From Octopus sinensis (Eukaryota): a stretch of 64,000 bases of DNA. The position numbers and the translations under genes were made by a program. Below, piece after piece: positions 60,883 to 64,000 of the stretch; position 1 is the stretch's first letter, and every line of letters starts with the position of its first letter. The stretch spans positions 141,360,001 through 141,424,000 of the forward strand of contig NC_042999.1 of assembly GCF_006345805.1 (NCBI RefSeq). Reading direction: 5' to 3'. The notes below the pieces were generated by a model. That model ran no database searches. It was not told where the DNA came from and was given only the letters and a program-made list of their open reading frames with translations.

Positions 60883-63450
60883 CATCATCATCATTGTTCG
60901 ACTGTGGTCGAGACAATGGAATTTACCATGCTACGCCAGACTTCACGGTCCATCATGGCATTACGGAGGTCCTGTTGCTGGATGCCTGTATCCCTGAAGA
61001 TTACATCAGGGTAGGAGAGTGTGCGCCCTCTGGTATTGCGAGTGGATGGCTTCCAGAGGAGAAGAGTAGAAATTACTTCTTTTTCAGCTCTACAACAATG
61101 TCCAGCAAACTGGACTCTCCTACCTTTCACAAGAGATGACACAGGTGGTAGTTTCCCATATATTTGCATTTTGGTTGGATGGCGCTTCACGAGAGATTTT
61201 GAGCTCTCATAAGGAGGCGAGTGTAGGTTCCATCCAACCGCCCCTCAAGCTTCTTTGATAACGTCCAGGTTTCTGAGCCATATAGTAGAATTGGTTCGAC
61301 TGTGGCTTTGAATATTTCAAGTTTGAAGTCTCTACTTAGATTTGATTACCAGATCTTATGCATGTCATTACAGGCTGACCGGGCCATACCCTTTCTAGTT
61401 AGAAAGTCTTTTCCAGATGATGATATGTATGACCCAAGATATTTATAATCAGAAACCATATTTAAGGGCGCATTGTTGAGAGTATGGATGATGCAGTCAC
61501 TGTTGGACAGGCACTTGTTTATGTATTCAGTTTTGGCCTCATTGAGGTAAAGACCTACACAATTTGAGGCTTGTTCAAGAGATTGTAAAAGAGACTGGGC
61601 ATTGGAGAGAGAATCACTGATAAGAGCGATGTCGTCAGCAAAGTCAGTGTCTGTCAAGTACTCAGCTGGGTGTCTGGAACTTCTTCTTGGTTTTATTTCA
61701 AAGCCCTTGCCAGAGATGGTATCAACTGACATACGTAGCACATAATCAACAACAATGATGAAAAGAAATGGGGCGAGTGTGTCTCCCTGCAGTATTCCGG
61801 CTTTGATTGAGAAAGATGATGTTTCTCCGTCAGGGGTTAAGATGGTTGAAGACGTATCTGTGTAGAGGACCTTGATGGCAGAAATGATTTTGTCTGGTAT
61901 CCCATAAAGCTTAAGGATTTCAAACATCTTGTACCTATCTACAGAATCGAACGCTTTAGAAAAGTCTACAAATACCATTGCAAGATCGCGATTAAATGCT
62001 TTTGATTCTTCAATAAGTCTGCGTAGGCATAGTATCTGGCTCAGCGTTGAGCGCCCATGTCTGAATCCATTTTGGTTCTTTCGGAGCAAAGGTTCAACAA
62101 AAAGGACAAGACGATTTATGATCAGTTTGTTGTACAGTTTTGCAGCAATTGACATTAGAGATATACCCCTGTAGTTGGTGACAAGGGATAAATCGCCTTT
62201 TTTGGGTATTGGAATGATTTGAGATTGGTGCCAAATCTTTGGAGCGACAAAGGTGGAAAGTGTGTGGTTGCAGAGGTTGAGCAAAAGTGTGTGAAATCTA
62301 TCATCCTTCCAAATTACAGCTGGGATGTTGTCGGGACCAAATGCTTTCGAGGCTTTTAGTTGCTTGGTGGCTGCTGTTAGTTCAAATATGGTAAAAGGGG
62401 AGGTGTTTATGTTCAGCGTGTCTGATATAGGCACACTTGGAAGAGTGGGGTTATCAGGGATTTTGGCATTCTTCCCAAGGAGGTTTTTAAAATGGGTTGA
62501 CCAATTTTCTAAACGCTTCTTAGCTGATCCCCCTTTAATTCTAATTGATGACCCAGAATTTTTGCCTGATAGGTCTTTGATGGATTTCCAGACGAGATGA
62601 TGTTTTTTACTAATGTGCTCTTTGGATAGTTTACTAATTTTGCCATTGATAAAGTCGACCTCGGCGTTCAAGTAAGCCTCATCAAGATTCTTCTTGGCAG
62701 GTATGAGTTGGATCTTCAGTGACTGGGATGGAGAACGGTGGTAAGCTAGTGATATAGACTTTAGATGGTTTCTGGCTTCGATGACATTTGGAGAATTAGA
62801 AGGTTTGCTCTGGCCCCTACTCTTCTTTTTGGGAAGAGTAGCCAGTGCAACTTCCTCTGTTGATTTGATGAGGCTGCTGTATACTTCTTCAATGTTCTCA
62901 GCATCTATTTCAGAAGTAGACAGGGATTGAAATGTGTTATAGACCTCAATAGTAAATTGTTTGGACATATCGGGGTTAGATAAGACTTCCTCCCAGTCGA
63001 TCATTTTCATCGGGTGAGGCTTAGCTTTTTTGGATGAGCGAAGACTAAGCTTAACGGTAGCTGATACAATTCTGTGGTCAGAGCCAACAGAACTAAAGGA
63101 AGAGTAGGATCTCGAGTCTTTAACACTATTGCGCCATTTCTTTCGAAAGATGAGGTAGTCAATTTGTGCCCTATCATCAAGTGGGGACTCAAATGTCCAA
63201 AATTGACCTTTTGGTTTCATAAAAGAATTGTTGGAGGTGTAGAGATTAAATTCCTCCAAGAAGTCTTTGAGCATTTCTCCGTTCTGATTAGTTTTAGAGT
63301 TGAAAGTAAACTTGGTCTCATCGGGTCCTAGTCTAGCATTCAGATCACCAGCTATAACTAGAAAATTATGGAGAGGTACTTGCTCAATGGTTGAACGAAG
63401 GGTTGTATAAAAATTCTCAATCTCGTCTGCCACAGACGAATTATGTGGGC
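60883..63450 (-). mobile_element. Young RTE-type non-LTR retrotransposon, 5'-truncated, 8-bp TSD TATAGTCT
   Basis: 695-aa ORF (GDLNARLG, IDY, SDHR, YRGISL, QNGFR, FVDFSKAFD, GILQGDTLAPFLF, FADD, YLGS) continues past one TAA (61346-48) to a stop at 60891; (TGA)n tail; TSD at 60875-82 and 63451-58. Confidence 0.92.
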
Positions 63451-64000
63451 TATAGTCTACCTTTCACTCTGAGAGTCCTTTCGTTGCCAACAGAGGTAAT
63501 AGCTCTCCAAACTTCCTCCACCCAATTCTTATTCTAGAAACAATACCTTCAGAACATATTCCACTATTGCTAATTTGATCACCTACGTAACAGAAACTAT
63601 CTACAATCTTAAGAGAGCCTCCTGGGCATTTGAGAGAAGTTCCATGTGCCCTTAGTGCTTATTGTTCCTGCACATCTGCCACATACAAAGATGACTTTAT
63701 TTGTTAATCTACCTATGATTCCACTGCACCTCTTGTGTCCATAGTTTACACTGGGTGCAGCGAATGGAATTTCTTCCAACTCCTTTCCTGAGTCTGATGG
63801 CATGAACTGATAGATTGGTATGTAACATCTTCAGGTATATCTTTTTCTCTGAAGAAATTATGCACTTAACATATAAATGCAAATTTAAAGCATAAATCTG
63901 TAATTTACCTTTTGGGCACTAATGTTTGTAAGAAGTAAAGATTACCAATTTGTTAATAATAAATAATTATTAACTTTCAACTCCCCATTTTCTTTCCTTC

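Noticed and set aside
63600-63860. Apparent exon EKDIPEDVTYQSISSCHQ… at the right edge
   Set aside because: The downstream part matches the RTE consensus region (…TQCKLWTHKRCS…), so it is more simply part of the old RTE fragment.

Overview
AT-rich metazoan genomic DNA dense in microsatellites and retroelements; the repeat families resemble those I recall from Octopus (inference, no database search run). Two intron-containing genes are arranged divergently. Protein aurora borealis (bora) is on the minus strand with 10 predicted coding exons (25883->9446, 696 aa). Mitochondrial enoyl-CoA hydratase (ECHS1) is on the plus strand with 8 coding exons (34505->54795, 299 aa). All exon phases close correctly. 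Mobile DNA includes a near-intact 5'-truncated CR1-type LINE (2451-6221), a young RTE-type LINE with an 8-bp TSD (60883-63450), a Helitron relic, many older RTE/CR1 fragments, tRNA-headed SINEs and several MITE/foldback elements. Most notable observations: (1) a perfect spacer-less 158-bp palindrome made of two divergent hammerhead-ribozyme-like motifs (Penelope-like terminus); (2) a canonical -1 frameshift heptamer G GGA AAC followed directly by UAA at the ORF1/ORF2 junction of the CR1 LINE, whose ORF2 has no usable AUG; (3) a candidate unannotated antisense small membrane-protein gene straddling ECHS1 exon 1; (4) an alternating 61/62-bp higher-order minisatellite inside a retroposon tail; (5) a possible in-frame upstream mini-exon that would mask the ECHS1 mitochondrial presequence. 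No rRNA, true tRNA or CRISPR array is supported.
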